Program-made: the position numbers and the translations under genes
In this document: in pieces, positions 8,533 to 18,805 of the stretch
Numbering within the stretch: position 1 is the first letter of the stretch
Layout: each line of letters starts with the position of its first letter
The notes under the pieces: generated by a model
Database searches by the model: none
Seen by the model: only the letters and a program-made list of their open reading frames with translations
Told to the model about the DNA's origin: nothing
Source: a virus
Strand: one strand, 5' to 3'
Virus record (IMG/VR): IMGVR_UViG_3300029500_000006
Coordinates: 1-37,549 of that record
Length of the DNA stretch: 37,549 nt

Positions 8533-8865
8533 ATGATAGGTGGAAATACAATCGCACAGCTGCAGATCAGCACATCTGAGAAAACTGAAATTGGTGCCGG
8601 AGTGAAACGCTGGTCAACAGTTATGGAACTTTCCGGATTTCTGGATCTTTCCTCTGGTGATAGCAAATACACCACATACAATGCAAAGGTGCAGGAATCT
8701 TCCCATATCTTTATCTGCGACTGGAAGCCGGTTGATGCGTCGATCAAGGCGGAGAACAGCCGGCTGCTGGTAAATGGTGGTGTATATGATGTCATGCTGA
8801 TCGATGATCCGATGGGATTGCACCGGCAGCTTGAAATCTATCTGCAGTACAGAGGTGGTCAGTAA
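8533..8865 (+). CDS. Head closure / head-tail adaptor protein
   Basis: 110 aa. Position and size match SPP1 gp16-like adaptors. Confidence 0.7.
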   Translation: MIGGNTIAQLQISTSEKTEIGAGVKRWSTVMELSGFLDLSSGDSKYTTYNAKVQESSHIFICDWKPVDASIKAENSRLLVNGGVYDVMLIDDPMGLHRQLEIYLQYRGGQ

Positions 8866-9272
8866 TGTCAGTGAAATTTGAAGATAATTCCATCAAAGTA
8901 AAGGCTGCATTGAATCATGCCACCATCCAGTGGCTGTACGAAGCGTCCGGTGAACTGGAAGCGCAGGTAAAGCGAAATACCAGAGTTGATACAGGACAGA
9001 CAAAAGGATCCTGGACTTACAAGGTGGATGAAGCAAACGGTGAGGCAATGGTCGGCAGTCCGCAGGAAAATGCGATCTGGGAAGAGTTTGGAACCGGTCA
9101 GTATGCATTGAACGGTGATGGCAGAAAGACAGCATGGAAGTATCAGGACCATGCTGGAAATTGGCATACCACAACCGGTAAAAAGCCAACCAGGGCACTG
9201 AATAAGGCTTTCAATTCGTCGAAAGTGAAATTGAAGAAGCTGCTGGAAGCAATGCTGAAAGGAATGGGATAA
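8865..9272 (+). CDS. HK97 gp10-like tail completion protein
   Basis: 135 aa with the motif RVDTGQTKGSW. TAATG coupling to the preceding gene. Confidence 0.7.
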   Translation: MSVKFEDNSIKVKAALNHATIQWLYEASGELEAQVKRNTRVDTGQTKGSWTYKVDEANGEAMVGSPQENAIWEEFGTGQYALNGDGRKTAWKYQDHAGNWHTTTGKKPTRALNKAFNSSKVKLKKLLEAMLKGMG

Positions 9273-9655
9273 TGACAAATGCAGGATTAAAATTTATAAA
9301 TGATGCGATGGCATCAGCACAGATTCCATATGAATTTATGGAATATACATCATCCATTGATTCCATTTCTGCATACTGGGTAGGTGAATATAACGAGGTT
9401 GAGTCATTTAACGAAGACGGACAGCAGGAAACGCAGTTTATTCTGACCGGCACGGGAAAAGAATGGGATGAACTGGAAGCGCAAAAGAACAAAATCAAAA
9501 AGTTATTCCCTAGCATACAGGGCAGAAGGGCAATTCTTGGGGATGGATCAGGGATTGCTGTTTTTTATGGAAATGCATTCCCGATTGCAACGGTGGATGG
9601 ATTCCTGAAACGGATACAGATTAATTTAACAGTTAAAGAATGGAGGACAGAGTAA
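9272..9655 (+). CDS. Tail terminator / tail completion protein
   Basis: 127 aa. Called by position, directly upstream of the major tail gene. Confidence 0.6.
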   Translation: MTNAGLKFINDAMASAQIPYEFMEYTSSIDSISAYWVGEYNEVESFNEDGQQETQFILTGTGKEWDELEAQKNKIKKLFPSIQGRRAILGDGSGIAVFYGNAFPIATVDGFLKRIQINLTVKEWRTE

Positions 9656-9657
9656 AT

Positions 9658-10296
9658 ATGGCAGCAGATTGGACAGAATTTGCAGTATCAGGTGTATCAG
9701 AGACCACACCGCAGAACATCATGCTTGGTGCAGGTACTTTGTATAAGAATTTTACCTATGAAAAAGCGCAGAACAAATGGAAAGGAACGATCCTTGGTGC
9801 GACTTCCGGCGGCAATAAGCTGACAATCAAACCGGAGACAACGGATATCCCTGTTGATGGTGTTACAGTCAAAGCAAAAGGACTGGTTCAGAAGATCGGT
9901 GAGACAGCACAGATTGAAACAAATATGGTGGAGATCACGAAAGAGTTCCTGCAGTCCACGGTGATCGGACAGACTGGAACATCGGAAGACGCCAGATTTG
10001 ATGTGATTGAATCCAAGGCACTGATTGAGGATTCTGATTATATCGAAAACTTTGCCTTTGTAGGATTTAAGACAAACGGCAGCCCGATCATTATCGTCTT
10101 TGATTATGCAATCTGTACAGATGGTCTGGAATCAGACAACAAAGACAAGGAAGCGTCTGTGATCCCGGCAACCTTCCAGTGTGTGGCTGATCTGGTAGCT
10201 GGCGGCAGCACAAATAAGCTTCCGTATCATATCTATGTGCCGAATGCATCTGCAACACAGGCCACACAGGGAACACAGAAAGCGGTAAAAGCGTAG
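9658..10296 (+). CDS. Major tail protein
   Basis: About 212 aa, RBS ggagga 8 nt upstream of ATG 9658. It precedes the chaperone and tape measure genes, and no sheath gene is present. Confidence 0.8.
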   Translation: MAADWTEFAVSGVSETTPQNIMLGAGTLYKNFTYEKAQNKWKGTILGATSGGNKLTIKPETTDIPVDGVTVKAKGLVQKIGETAQIETNMVEITKEFLQSTVIGQTGTSEDARFDVIESKALIEDSDYIENFAFVGFKTNGSPIIIVFDYAICTDGLESDNKDKEASVIPATFQCVADLVAGGSTNKLPYHIYVPNASATQATQGTQKAVKA

Positions 10297-10310
10297 GAGG
10301 TAGTTGAACA

Positions 10311-10751
10311 ATGAGTGAAACAGTTGATGAAACTGAAAAGAAGTATGAATTGAGACCGTTGGCAGCTTCTGATCTGGGAATGGTGTGCAAAATCATTTCT
10401 GAAATCGGTGTGAGACAGTTCAAAGAGTGTTTCAATGTCGACCAGATCAAAGAAAGCATGAAAGCAGATGCGGATAAAACTGAAGAAACGGAAGATTTCA
10501 AGGAAGCAAAGGATACCAGACTGGAATCCATTGGTTTCAGTGTGGTATTCGACATTGCCGGTATCGTAATCTCCAATATTCCGGCAGCAGAAGCAGACAT
10601 TCAGAGATTTATCGCTTCTCTGACCGGATTGAATGTGCAGCAGGTAAAGGCATTGCCACTGGCAGACTATGGCGAGATCATTCTGGATGTGGTCACAAAC
10701 GAGGATTTCAAAGATTTTTTCAAACGTGTCATGAAATTGTTCAATCGATAG
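10311..10751 (+). CDS. Tail assembly chaperone (gpG-like)
   Basis: 146-aa acidic protein between the major tail and tape measure genes. RBS aggagg. Confidence 0.8.
   Translation: MSETVDETEKKYELRPLAASDLGMVCKIISEIGVRQFKECFNVDQIKESMKADADKTEETEDFKEAKDTRLESIGFSVVFDIAGIVISNIPAAEADIQRFIASLTGLNVQQVKALPLADYGEIILDVVTNEDFKDFFKRVMKLFNR
10715..10721 (+). other. Slippery heptamer T_TTT_TTC for a -1 programmed frameshift (G to G-T)
   Basis: In the zero frame it reads gaT TTT TTC. I checked the -1 frame codon by codon and it is open from here into ORF 10766-11065. Confidence 0.7.
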
Positions 10752-10765
10752 GATACATTAAATAT

Positions 10766-11065
10766 ATGGATTTGCTGTCTCAAAGATATGCAGATCCATA
10801 TTTGATTTTAGATGATTTTATTCGATTGCAGCAGCTTCATGAGTTTTTGGAAACGATCATGCAGAGCATTGCAGAAGAAAAGGTGCAGGACATCCAGTGG
10901 GAATATTATCTGCATAAGGTATGGGATATGTCCTTTGAAGAGTATGTTGCAGCCTGCGACAGAGAAGCAAGGCCAGCGCAGACACCGACATTGGAGAAGG
11001 GGGACATTGTGCAGATCATCGAGGAGTCAAACAGTATTCTGGATGGATTTGTATTGGAACCATAA
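10766..11065 (+). CDS. Tail assembly chaperone extension (gpT-like), probably made as a G-T fusion
   Basis: The ORF lies in the -1 frame relative to 10311-10751. It has no convincing RBS of its own, and its frame is open well upstream of its ATG. Confidence 0.7.
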   Translation: MDLLSQRYADPYLILDDFIRLQQLHEFLETIMQSIAEEKVQDIQWEYYLHKVWDMSFEEYVAACDREARPAQTPTLEKGDIVQIIEESNSILDGFVLEP

Positions 11066-11095
11066 TTCTGAACATGGAAAGAAGGTGAGAAATAG

Positions 11096-14000
11096 TTGGA
11101 ATTATTTAAACTTTTTGGAACGATTGCCATAAATAACGGCGATGCAAATAAGGCGATTGATGATACGACCGGGAGAGCTGAGAAATCCGAATCCAGAATG
11201 AGCAGTGCTTTTAAAAAGATTGGTGCTGCGATCACTACCTACTTTGCAGTAGATAAGTTGGTTTCCTTTGGAAAATCCGTAGTGGATACCACAGCATCTT
11301 TTGAAGATGGAATGCTGAAAGTACAGTCCTTGTCCGGAGCAACGCAGGATGAATACCAGAAGTTGTCTGATGCAGCCTTAAATTATGGCTCCACAACGGC
11401 TTGGACGGCTAAAGATGTTTCAGATGCAATGGGTTACATGGCTTTGGCAGGTTTTGATACAAATGAAATTCTGGAATCGACATCCGGAATGCTTTCTCTG
11501 GCATCTGTATCCGGTGAAGATCTGGCTACGGTTACAGATATTCTGACCGATTCCATGACGGGATTTGGAGACAGCGCATCGGATGCAAGTCGATATGCGG
11601 ATGTACTGGCTACGGTCCAGGCAAAGTCAAATACCACAGTCGGTGATCTGGGAGAAGCATTTACCTATGTTTCTTCACTGGCAGGTACCTATAAGTATTC
11701 TCTGGAAGATGTATCGGCTGCCTTGGGAACGATGGCGAATGCCGGAGTAAAAGGCTCCATGGCAGGTACTTCGTTATCCAGTATCATCACTCGTCTTGGA
11801 ACCAATACCAGTGGTGCACGAGATGCAATTAAAGCACTGGGAGTTGAATTTTATAACCAGGATGGTACAGCACGCAGCTTGGGAGATGTTATCAAAGACC
11901 TGTGTGATGCGACAGAGGGCATGGATGTGGAACAGAAAGCCGCTCTTGCATCAACGGTGGCCGGTGCAGAAGCTCAGAAAGGTTTGCTGGCCATTTTGAA
12001 TCAGGGATCCGGCGCATATACAGATCTTCAGGAAAAGCTGAATAACTGTACCGGAGCGGCCAATGACATGGCTTCTAATATGGAGGCTGGTCTTGGAGGA
12101 GCCATCAGAAGTATGTCATCTGCATGGGAAGGGTTCAAAATCAATCTGGGAGAGAAATTTGAGGAACCTATCGGAAATGCAATCCGGAATGCAGCATCCT
12201 GGCTGTCAGAAACGGCAACACCAAAGCTTATGGATTTTATCGACCGGGCTGTAAGCGGATTTGAAACATTAAGAGAGCACCTTCAGCCGGCCGTTGACAA
12301 GATAAAGGATGCCTTTGATCATCTGGCAACAGCTCTCGCACCAATCAAAGAGAAAATAGATGAATATGTATCCAGCGGTAAGGCAGCGGAAGATGCATCG
12401 AATTTGTTGGATACAGCATTGGATCTGGTTGTTGGTGCGCTTGAGGTGGCTGCTGACAGTATCAATGTCCTGAGTGACTTTATCGAAAATATCATTCAGG
12501 GATTTAAGGACATGAAACAGTGGTGCAGCGAAAATAAGACTGCATTGGAATTACTGGCAGTGGCGGCAGGAACGATCACTGGGCTGATCATTGCGGCAAA
12601 TGCCAGTCAGATTGCCCTGAATGCAACTATGGGAGTCGCAAATGGATTGCTGATTGCCGGATCCGTAGCGGAAGGCATCATGAGTGCGGCAACCACCATT
12701 TGGTCCGGTGTATGCACGGTAGCTACCGGAGCAACCACGGCTCTTGGCGCAGCATTTACATTTCTTACATCACCGATTGGTCTCATCATCATTGCGATTG
12801 GAGCGGCGATTGCAGTAGGAATCCTGCTGTATAAGAACTGGGACAAGATCAAGGAAAAACTGTCTGAACTTTGGAAACATGTCAAAGAAATCTGGGAAAA
12901 GATCCGGTCAGCGATTGTTGAAAAGGTAGAGGAAATCAAAGAAAAAGTTGAAAGTGGATTTAACGTTGTCAAGGAAACAGCTGAGAATATCTTCAACGGT
13001 ATCAAAGATTTTATTTCAACGGTGTGGGAAGGCATCAAAAATGTAGTAAAATTTGCACTTTTATTCATCGGTGAACTGATGTCAGCTGCTTTCCAGATCA
13101 TTACCATTCCGTTTCAGCTTATCTGGGAGAATTGTAAGGAATACATTATTGCGGCATGGGAGTTTATCAAAAATGCTGTGATAAGTGCGCTGGATACCAT
13201 CAAATCAGTGATTGAAACGGTATGGAATGCCATTGTAGGTTTCTTTGAACCAATCCTTCAGACGATAAGTGGACTGTTTCAGACAGCATGGGATTTCATT
13301 TCGACAACCATCACAACAGCATTGACGATTATACAGACCATAATTGAAACGGTATGGAATGCAATCGTGGATTTTCTGACACCAATTCTTGAGACAATAA
13401 AAAATGTTGTACAGACCGTGTGGGATGGAATAACAACTACGATCACAACCATACTGGGAGTGATCCAGACTGTGATCACAACCGTATGGGATGTGATTAA
13501 AGCGGCAATCTCGACAGTCCTGGATGCAATCGAGTCAGTGATCACAACCGTGTGGGATGCCATCAAGTTGGTTATTATGACGGTCATGGGTGCCATTAAG
13601 GGAGTGTTCACGGCGGCCTGGGATGCAATCAAGACAACGGTCAAAAATGCAATCGATACTGTAAAAAATCACGTATCAAACGGTCTGAACGGCGCCAAGG
13701 AAATTGTATCGAATAATCTGGGGGCGATCAAAGACAAATTTTCCAGTATTTTTGAGACGATAAAGAATGTGGTAAAAAATGCCATTGATAAGATCAAAGG
13801 TTTTTTCAATTTCGAATGGTCTTTACCGAAGCTGAAGATGCCACATCCGAAGATTGAAGGTGAGTTCAGTTTGAATCCGCCATCGGTACCGCATTTTAGC
13901 ATTGACTGGTATAAAAAGGCAATGAATGATCCGATTTTAATGACAAAACCGACTGCGTTTGGAATTAATAATGACGGACAGATCATGGCTGGAGGCGAGG

Positions 14001-14221
14001 CCGGTGATGAAGTTGTGAGTGGTGCTTACAAGTTGAAAATGATGATTTCAGAAGCGGTGGCGGAACAGAATGAAGGCATGATCACAATCCTTTCCAAAAT
14101 ACTTGACGCAATTCTTGCCATTGATGAGAATATGGGCGGAAATCTGCGGAAGGCACTGGAAGGGGCAAGTATTGCGATAAATCGAAGAGATTTTGCACGG
14201 TTAGTAAATGAGGTACGGTAA
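11096..14221 (+). CDS. Tape measure protein
   Basis: 1041 aa, TTG start with RBS gaaggtgag. It has a hydrophobic central segment and a helical repeat-rich C-terminal half. Confidence 0.9.
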   Translation: MELFKLFGTIAINNGDANKAIDDTTGRAEKSESRMSSAFKKIGAAITTYFAVDKLVSFGKSVVDTTASFEDGMLKVQSLSGATQDEYQKLSDAALNYGSTTAWTAKDVSDAMGYMALAGFDTNEILESTSGMLSLASVSGEDLATVTDILTDSMTGFGDSASDASRYADVLATVQAKSNTTVGDLGEAFTYVSSLAGTYKYSLEDVSAALGTMANAGVKGSMAGTSLSSIITRLGTNTSGARDAIKALGVEFYNQDGTARSLGDVIKDLCDATEGMDVEQKAALASTVAGAEAQKGLLAILNQGSGAYTDLQEKLNNCTGAANDMASNMEAGLGGAIRSMSSAWEGFKINLGEKFEEPIGNAIRNAASWLSETATPKLMDFIDRAVSGFETLREHLQPAVDKIKDAFDHLATALAPIKEKIDEYVSSGKAAEDASNLLDTALDLVVGALEVAADSINVLSDFIENIIQGFKDMKQWCSENKTALELLAVAAGTITGLIIAANASQIALNATMGVANGLLIAGSVAEGIMSAATTIWSGVCTVATGATTALGAAFTFLTSPIGLIIIAIGAAIAVGILLYKNWDKIKEKLSELWKHVKEIWEKIRSAIVEKVEEIKEKVESGFNVVKETAENIFNGIKDFISTVWEGIKNVVKFALLFIGELMSAAFQIITIPFQLIWENCKEYIIAAWEFIKNAVISALDTIKSVIETVWNAIVGFFEPILQTISGLFQTAWDFISTTITTALTIIQTIIETVWNAIVDFLTPILETIKNVVQTVWDGITTTITTILGVIQTVITTVWDVIKAAISTVLDAIESVITTVWDAIKLVIMTVMGAIKGVFTAAWDAIKTTVKNAIDTVKNHVSNGLNGAKEIVSNNLGAIKDKFSSIFETIKNVVKNAIDKIKGFFNFEWSLPKLKMPHPKIEGEFSLNPPSVPHFSIDWYKKAMNDPILMTKPTAFGINNDGQIMAGGEAGDEVVSGAYKLKMMISEAVAEQNEGMITILSKILDAILAIDENMGGNLRKALEGASIAINRRDFARLVNEVR
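13205..13650 (+). repeat. Degenerate in-frame repeats within the tape measure gene (TVWxAI motif)
   Basis: The motif recurs as ETVWNAIVGFFEPIL, ETVWNAIVDFLTPIL, QTVWDGITT, TTVWDVIKA, TTVWDAIKL and AAWDAIKT. The string attgaaacggtatggaatgc occurs twice. Confidence 0.8.
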
Positions 14222-14222
14222 T

Positions 14223-15047
14223 ATGCTGGAAGAATTTATTTATAAAAATCATATGAATGAAGAACTTTTGTTTGGAAAAAGGAATATTTTTGCAAATGAA
14301 AATGACCTTCATGATTTTGCATGGAGTATCACATCAAAAAGTAATAAGATAACCGGTTTCAACAAGGGGATTGTAACTAGGACAATCCCCACGATTATTC
14401 AATGCGATTCCGAAACGGACGGTACAGCAATCAGAAATGCCCTGTTTGAGTGCACAGAAAAAGATGTATTGGCTATGAAGTATGGAAGGATTGTGATCGG
14501 TGATTATTATCTGCAGTGTTACATTACCGCTTCAAAGAAGATGGATTATTTGATTCACAAAGGATATATGCGGGTATCGCTGGAAGTTTCAACAGACCGC
14601 CCGTACTGGGTAAGGGAATCAAAGTACATTTTCCAGCCACAGGAAACATCTGACAGTGGAAATAACATGGACTATCCACACGATTATCCGTTTGACTATT
14701 ACAACGGGATGTCCAGCCGGATCCTGTTGAACGAAGCTATCTCGGATGCAGATTTTGAAATGGTAGTTTATGGCCCCTGTGAAAATCCGGAGATTCTGAT
14801 CGGCAGCCACAAGTACCATGTGAACTGCCAGCTGGAGACCGGGGAATATCTCGTCATTAATTCGCTGACAAAGAAGATTTATAAAGTCAAAAACGACGGC
14901 GAACAGGTCAATCAGTACAACCTGCAGGACAGAGACTGGTATGTGTTTCAGAAGATTGCTTCCGGAAGTCATTCCGTATTCTGGAGCGGATTGTTCGGGT
15001 TTGACATCACCCTGTACGAGAGGAGGTCTGAGCCAAAATGGAGTTAA
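14223..15047 (+). CDS. Distal tail protein (Dit-like)
   Basis: About 274 aa directly after the tape measure gene. Start chosen at ATG 14223 (RBS gaggt); the track ORF begins at 14208. Confidence 0.75.
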   Translation: MLEEFIYKNHMNEELLFGKRNIFANENDLHDFAWSITSKSNKITGFNKGIVTRTIPTIIQCDSETDGTAIRNALFECTEKDVLAMKYGRIVIGDYYLQCYITASKKMDYLIHKGYMRVSLEVSTDRPYWVRESKYIFQPQETSDSGNNMDYPHDYPFDYYNGMSSRILLNEAISDADFEMVVYGPCENPEILIGSHKYHVNCQLETGEYLVINSLTKKIYKVKNDGEQVNQYNLQDRDWYVFQKIASGSHSVFWSGLFGFDITLYERRSEPKWS

Positions 15048-16027
15048 TACATGCAGATGCTAATCATGTGATGCTTGGAACACTTGAAAGATACGAACTG
15101 GATCTGGCTTTCGGATCAGATGAAAACAATTTTGAGTGCGTTATGGTAATTTCAGATTATTGTTGCAGAACCGGCGAGTACCTGGCAATGCAGGATGTGG
15201 TGGCCGGGCATGTGAAATATACGGAGTACGGTGGTCGGATCGATGGTGTTTGCGTGGATACTGGAAAAGAGACGGTTACCTATTCCGGAAGGACCTGGCA
15301 GGGGATACTGTCCAAGAAGATAGTGTGTCCGGATGACGGGCAGGATTATCTGGTGTTATCCGGAGACGCCAATGAGGTGTTGGGATTTCTGATACAGCGC
15401 ATTGGAGCTGGAGATCTGTTTGAGACACCCAGCGAGAAAGCAGGCATTACAATCACTTCATATCAGATGGATCGTTATATTGATGCATACACAGGCATGC
15501 GGAAAATGTTAAAATGCGCCGGCGCAAAACTGGTCATGTATTATCGTGAAGGAAAGGTGCATTTGTCTGCGGTAGCTTTGGTGGATTATAGCCAGGATGA
15601 AGAGTGGGATTCTGACCAGATGAATTTTCAAATCGGCAGCAATGAACGGCCGGTAAATCATCTGATCTGCCTGGGAAAAGGAGACCTCAGTGAGCGGATG
15701 GTCCGGCATCTGTACATGGATGCGCGGGGAAATATATCAGAAACACAGACGTTTTTCGGCGTGGATGAAGTGACAGAGACTTACGACTATTCCAACGTGG
15801 AATCAGAGGAAGAGTTGATTACCGGCGGTACACAGCGACTGCAGGAAACTTGGGCGGCAGCAAATACGTTGGAAACAGATTTTGAAAATAATACAGAGTA
15901 TGATGTCGGTGATATCGTGGGAGCACGGGAGACAATTACCGGAGTTACGATAAAACGAGACATCGTGAAAAAGATACTGAAAGTCAACAGCAGTGGCATC
16001 AGTGTAGAATGCCAAATTGGAGAATAG
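15038..16027 (+). CDS. Tail tip / baseplate protein (Tal-like)
   Basis: 329 aa, overlaps Dit by 10 nt. Called by position after Dit. Confidence 0.65.
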   Translation: MELIHADANHVMLGTLERYELDLAFGSDENNFECVMVISDYCCRTGEYLAMQDVVAGHVKYTEYGGRIDGVCVDTGKETVTYSGRTWQGILSKKIVCPDDGQDYLVLSGDANEVLGFLIQRIGAGDLFETPSEKAGITITSYQMDRYIDAYTGMRKMLKCAGAKLVMYYREGKVHLSAVALVDYSQDEEWDSDQMNFQIGSNERPVNHLICLGKGDLSERMVRHLYMDARGNISETQTFFGVDEVTETYDYSNVESEEELITGGTQRLQETWAAANTLETDFENNTEYDVGDIVGARETITGVTIKRDIVKKILKVNSSGISVECQIGE

Positions 16028-16039
16028 GAGCGTGATGAA

Positions 16040-16903
16040 ATGGCAGTGGAAATTATTACAGGGCACACCGGAAAAGAACATGTGACAGCGGAAGCAGCCG
16101 GAGCATTACATGCCGGAGTGATTGGAACAGGGAAATACGTCCTGGCCGGCGGCAATCAGTTCGCAGCGGAGATTGTATCAAATAACCTGATCAAGATTAA
16201 ATCCGGTGAGCTGGTCAACCAGGGACGGCACATGCGTATCCCGGTGAACAGTTATGAGGAAGTGACCATTCAGAATGGTACGCAGAAGATGTACCGGAGT
16301 GATTTAATAGTGATGCGTTATAAAAAAAATACCAGTTTACAGGTAGAATCGGCGGAACTTGTGGTGATTAAAGGGAAAGCCAGTTCATCCATTCAGGCGG
16401 GTGTTCCGAGTTATGTCAACGGAAACATTCTGTCCGGAGCAACGCAGGATGATTTCCCGTTGTACCGGGTATCGCTGAGCGGTCTGACGATTACAAGCGT
16501 GACGAAGCTGTTTTCCGTGTCGCCGACAATCGAGATGTTGTCGAAACGGATGGACGATGTAGGAAAGATTAGTACGGCAAAGTTATTAACAGAATTTCAA
16601 TGTGAATCCAATATAATCACTAAAACGGCGGACGGGATGGTTTCGCTGTCTGTGTATATGCACACGGGTGCTATCGGAGCCAATGCAGGAACGTGGTGGA
16701 CTGCCGGCACGATTCCGGAAGGATACAGACCGAACAGCACAGTATATGGGACAGGCATGGTATGCGGAGATGGCTGGCTGAATGCGGTACCTACAGCTTT
16801 CATGATCTCTAACGGACTGCTGTATTTGTATGGGCAGAATTCAGCAGCAACCATGCTGGTGATCAACATGGCCTATGCCGTAGCGGGGAGTGTAGTGGCA
16901 TGA
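16040..16903 (+). CDS. Putative receptor-binding / tail fiber protein
   Basis: 287 aa, last structural ORF before the lysis genes. Confidence 0.55.
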   Translation: MAVEIITGHTGKEHVTAEAAGALHAGVIGTGKYVLAGGNQFAAEIVSNNLIKIKSGELVNQGRHMRIPVNSYEEVTIQNGTQKMYRSDLIVMRYKKNTSLQVESAELVVIKGKASSSIQAGVPSYVNGNILSGATQDDFPLYRVSLSGLTITSVTKLFSVSPTIEMLSKRMDDVGKISTAKLLTEFQCESNIITKTADGMVSLSVYMHTGAIGANAGTWWTAGTIPEGYRPNSTVYGTGMVCGDGWLNAVPTAFMISNGLLYLYGQNSAATMLVINMAYAVAGSVVA

Positions 16904-16965
16904 GAATAAAGGTGCTGATCCGATGATTGCGATTGATGAGCCGATAGCGTAGGTTGAGGGGAGTG

Positions 16966-17289
16966 ATGAAAAAAGTGAATGATTTGCTACTGCAGACATA
17001 CCTTGTAGCCCTCCCGATCATACTAACGGCATTGATGGGTTACATAGTATGGTTGCTGAAAAAACAGAAAAGGGACAGGGATGCAAACAGCAAGGGAACC
17101 ATGCTGCTTCTGCGTGTACAGCTGATTGAATATCATGATAAATATATGCGGCTTGGAGAAATTCCATCTTACGCTTACGAAAATTTCAATGAGATGTATG
17201 ATGCGTATCATAAATTAGGTGGGAATGGAATGGTGACAAAAATGAAACAGGAAATTGAAGAATTGCATTTAAAAAAGAAAGGACAGTAA
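16966..17289 (+). CDS. Membrane-anchored protein of the lysis cassette (function unknown)
   Basis: One N-terminal TM helix (LVALPIILTALMGYIVWLL). Start at ATG 16966 after gagggga. It sits immediately upstream of the holin gene. Confidence 0.6.
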   Translation: MKKVNDLLLQTYLVALPIILTALMGYIVWLLKKQKRDRDANSKGTMLLLRVQLIEYHDKYMRLGEIPSYAYENFNEMYDAYHKLGGNGMVTKMKQEIEELHLKKKGQ

Positions 17290-17290
17290 A

Positions 17291-17566
17291 ATGACAGATT
17301 TAGGATTTTTAGCGGATTTTATGATTCCGGTAATCGTAGGGATTTGCCTGTGTGTTGGCTATGTGATCAAAAAATGGGTAAAAGACGTGGATAACAAATA
17401 CATTCCGACAGTCTGTGCACTGCTGGGAGTGATCCTTTCTATCTGGATCAGCGGATGGAATGTTTCCCCTGCTGTGATCTTGAGCGGATTATTCAGCGGT
17501 CTGGCATCCACAGGACTGCATCAGCTGTTCAAACAGTATATCGAAAAGAAAGAAGGTAATGAGTAA
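17291..17566 (+). CDS. Holin
   Basis: 91 aa with multiple TM segments and a charged C-terminus, directly upstream of the endolysin gene. Confidence 0.8.
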   Translation: MTDLGFLADFMIPVIVGICLCVGYVIKKWVKDVDNKYIPTVCALLGVILSIWISGWNVSPAVILSGLFSGLASTGLHQLFKQYIEKKEGNE

Positions 17567-18543
17567 TGGCATACAACACGAAGGAAATATGGGCTTCTGC
17601 AACCAACTATGGAGCGCATAGAGCATTGCACAGTATCAGATATATCGCAGTGCATTTTACCAGTAATGATGGAGACACAGCAGAAAATAACGGTAAATAT
17701 TTTCGAGGTGAAAACAGGAAGGCATCAGCGCACTACTTCGTGGATGATACGACTGTGGTGCATTCGGTTCCCGATGATCGTGTGGCATGGGCTGTTGGTG
17801 GAAGCAAGTACAACAACGGTGGCGGCCGGCTATATGGAATTGCCAAAAATGCAAACACGCTGAACGTGGAGCTGTGCGACACGATAAAAAATGGAACCGT
17901 AAAAGCAACAGAAGCGACGATCAATAACGCGCTGGATCTTATAAAAGGGCTGATGAGCAAATACAACATCCCGGTTGATCGTGTAATCCGACACTACGAC
18001 GTCAACGGAAAGCCATGCCCGTCCTACTGGGTGGATGATGCACTCTGGGAGCAGGAGTTTCACGGTAGACTAACGCAACCAAGTATTCCGGACGGACTTG
18101 CTGATCAGGCGGCAGCTGACGGAAACTGGTACTATTACAGAAACAATCTGGTGGCGGCAGATTACACCGGGCTTGCACAAAATGTGAACGGTTGGTGGTA
18201 TGTCCGGAACGGTGCGGTTGATTTCGGGGCAAATACCGTAGCTCAGAATGAGTATGGCTGGTGGAAGATAACCAACGGAGCTGTTGATTTTAACTACACA
18301 GGAATCGCCCAGAATGAAAATGGCTGGTGGAGAATTGAAAATGGAAAAGTAAACTTTGATTATACTGGTTTGGCAAAAAATGAAAATGGATGGTTCTACC
18401 TGCGGGAAGGCGCAGTAGACTTCAATTATACCGGACTGGCAAAAAATGATCAGGGCGTGTGGTTCGTACGCGATGGAAAAGTCGACTTTGATTATTCCGG
18501 AGAAGTGACCTGTAAGATTGTAAAAGGACAGGTCGCGGTATAA
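17566..18543 (+). CDS. Endolysin: N-acetylmuramoyl-L-alanine amidase plus cell-wall-binding repeats
   Basis: The N-terminal domain is amidase_2-like (IAVHFTSNDGDTAENN, AHYFVDD, LNVELC, VIRHYDVNGKPCP). The C-terminal half holds about six 20-aa repeats. Confidence 0.9.
   Translation: MAYNTKEIWASATNYGAHRALHSIRYIAVHFTSNDGDTAENNGKYFRGENRKASAHYFVDDTTVVHSVPDDRVAWAVGGSKYNNGGGRLYGIAKNANTLNVELCDTIKNGTVKATEATINNALDLIKGLMSKYNIPVDRVIRHYDVNGKPCPSYWVDDALWEQEFHGRLTQPSIPDGLADQAAADGNWYYYRNNLVAADYTGLAQNVNGWWYVRNGAVDFGANTVAQNEYGWWKITNGAVDFNYTGIAQNENGWWRIENGKVNFDYTGLAKNENGWFYLREGAVDFNYTGLAKNDQGVWFVRDGKVDFDYSGEVTCKIVKGQVAV
18118..18516 (+). repeat. About six tandem 20-aa cell-wall-binding repeats (coding)
   Basis: Repeated pattern NGWWY/K/R-x-NGAVDF-x-YTGLA/IAQN, read from the translation. 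Confidence 0.85.
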
Positions 18544-18578
18544 TATAGCCACATATGCGATATAATATAGCCACATAT
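18539..18578. repeat. Two 18-nt direct repeats, TATAATATAGCCACATAT
   Basis: Exact copies at 18539-18556 and 18561-18578, overlapping the lysin stop codon. Confidence 0.9.
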
Positions 18579-18594
18579 AATAAAGAATGAACAT

Positions 18595-18622
18595 AAACGG
18601 TTAGTAACAAGTTAGTAACAAA
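18595..18622. repeat. 28-nt repeat copy A (aaacGGTTAGTAACAaGTTAGTAACAaa); putative attP / integrase-binding element
   Basis: Matches 18806-18833 at 27 of 28 positions. Each copy holds two tandem GTTAGTAACA units. Confidence 0.85.
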
Positions 18623-18723
18623 CTTTTTACAGAAACGGCGTAATTACTGGGTTTGCAAAAGAATAAAAATTAAGGGTATCTTAATTTTGTGCGTTTTCGG
18701 GCATCCCTTATAAATCAAAGAAA

Positions 18724-18769
18724 AAGTGCCACAAAGCCTTATTTTACGGGCATTGTGGCACTTCTTTTT
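18724..18769. terminator. Bidirectional intrinsic terminator between the lysin and integrase genes
   Basis: Stem AAGTGCCACAA / TTGTGGCACTT, with an A-run upstream and a T-run downstream. Confidence 0.75.
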
Positions 18770-18805
18770 GATTATGGATAAACATGAAAAAATGCAAATA
18801 AACGC

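Noticed and set aside
10812-11132. 106-aa ORF in an alternative frame across the chaperone / tape measure junction.
   Set aside because: It is out of frame with both the gpT-like ORF and the tape measure start, is Arg/Cys-rich, and has no RBS.
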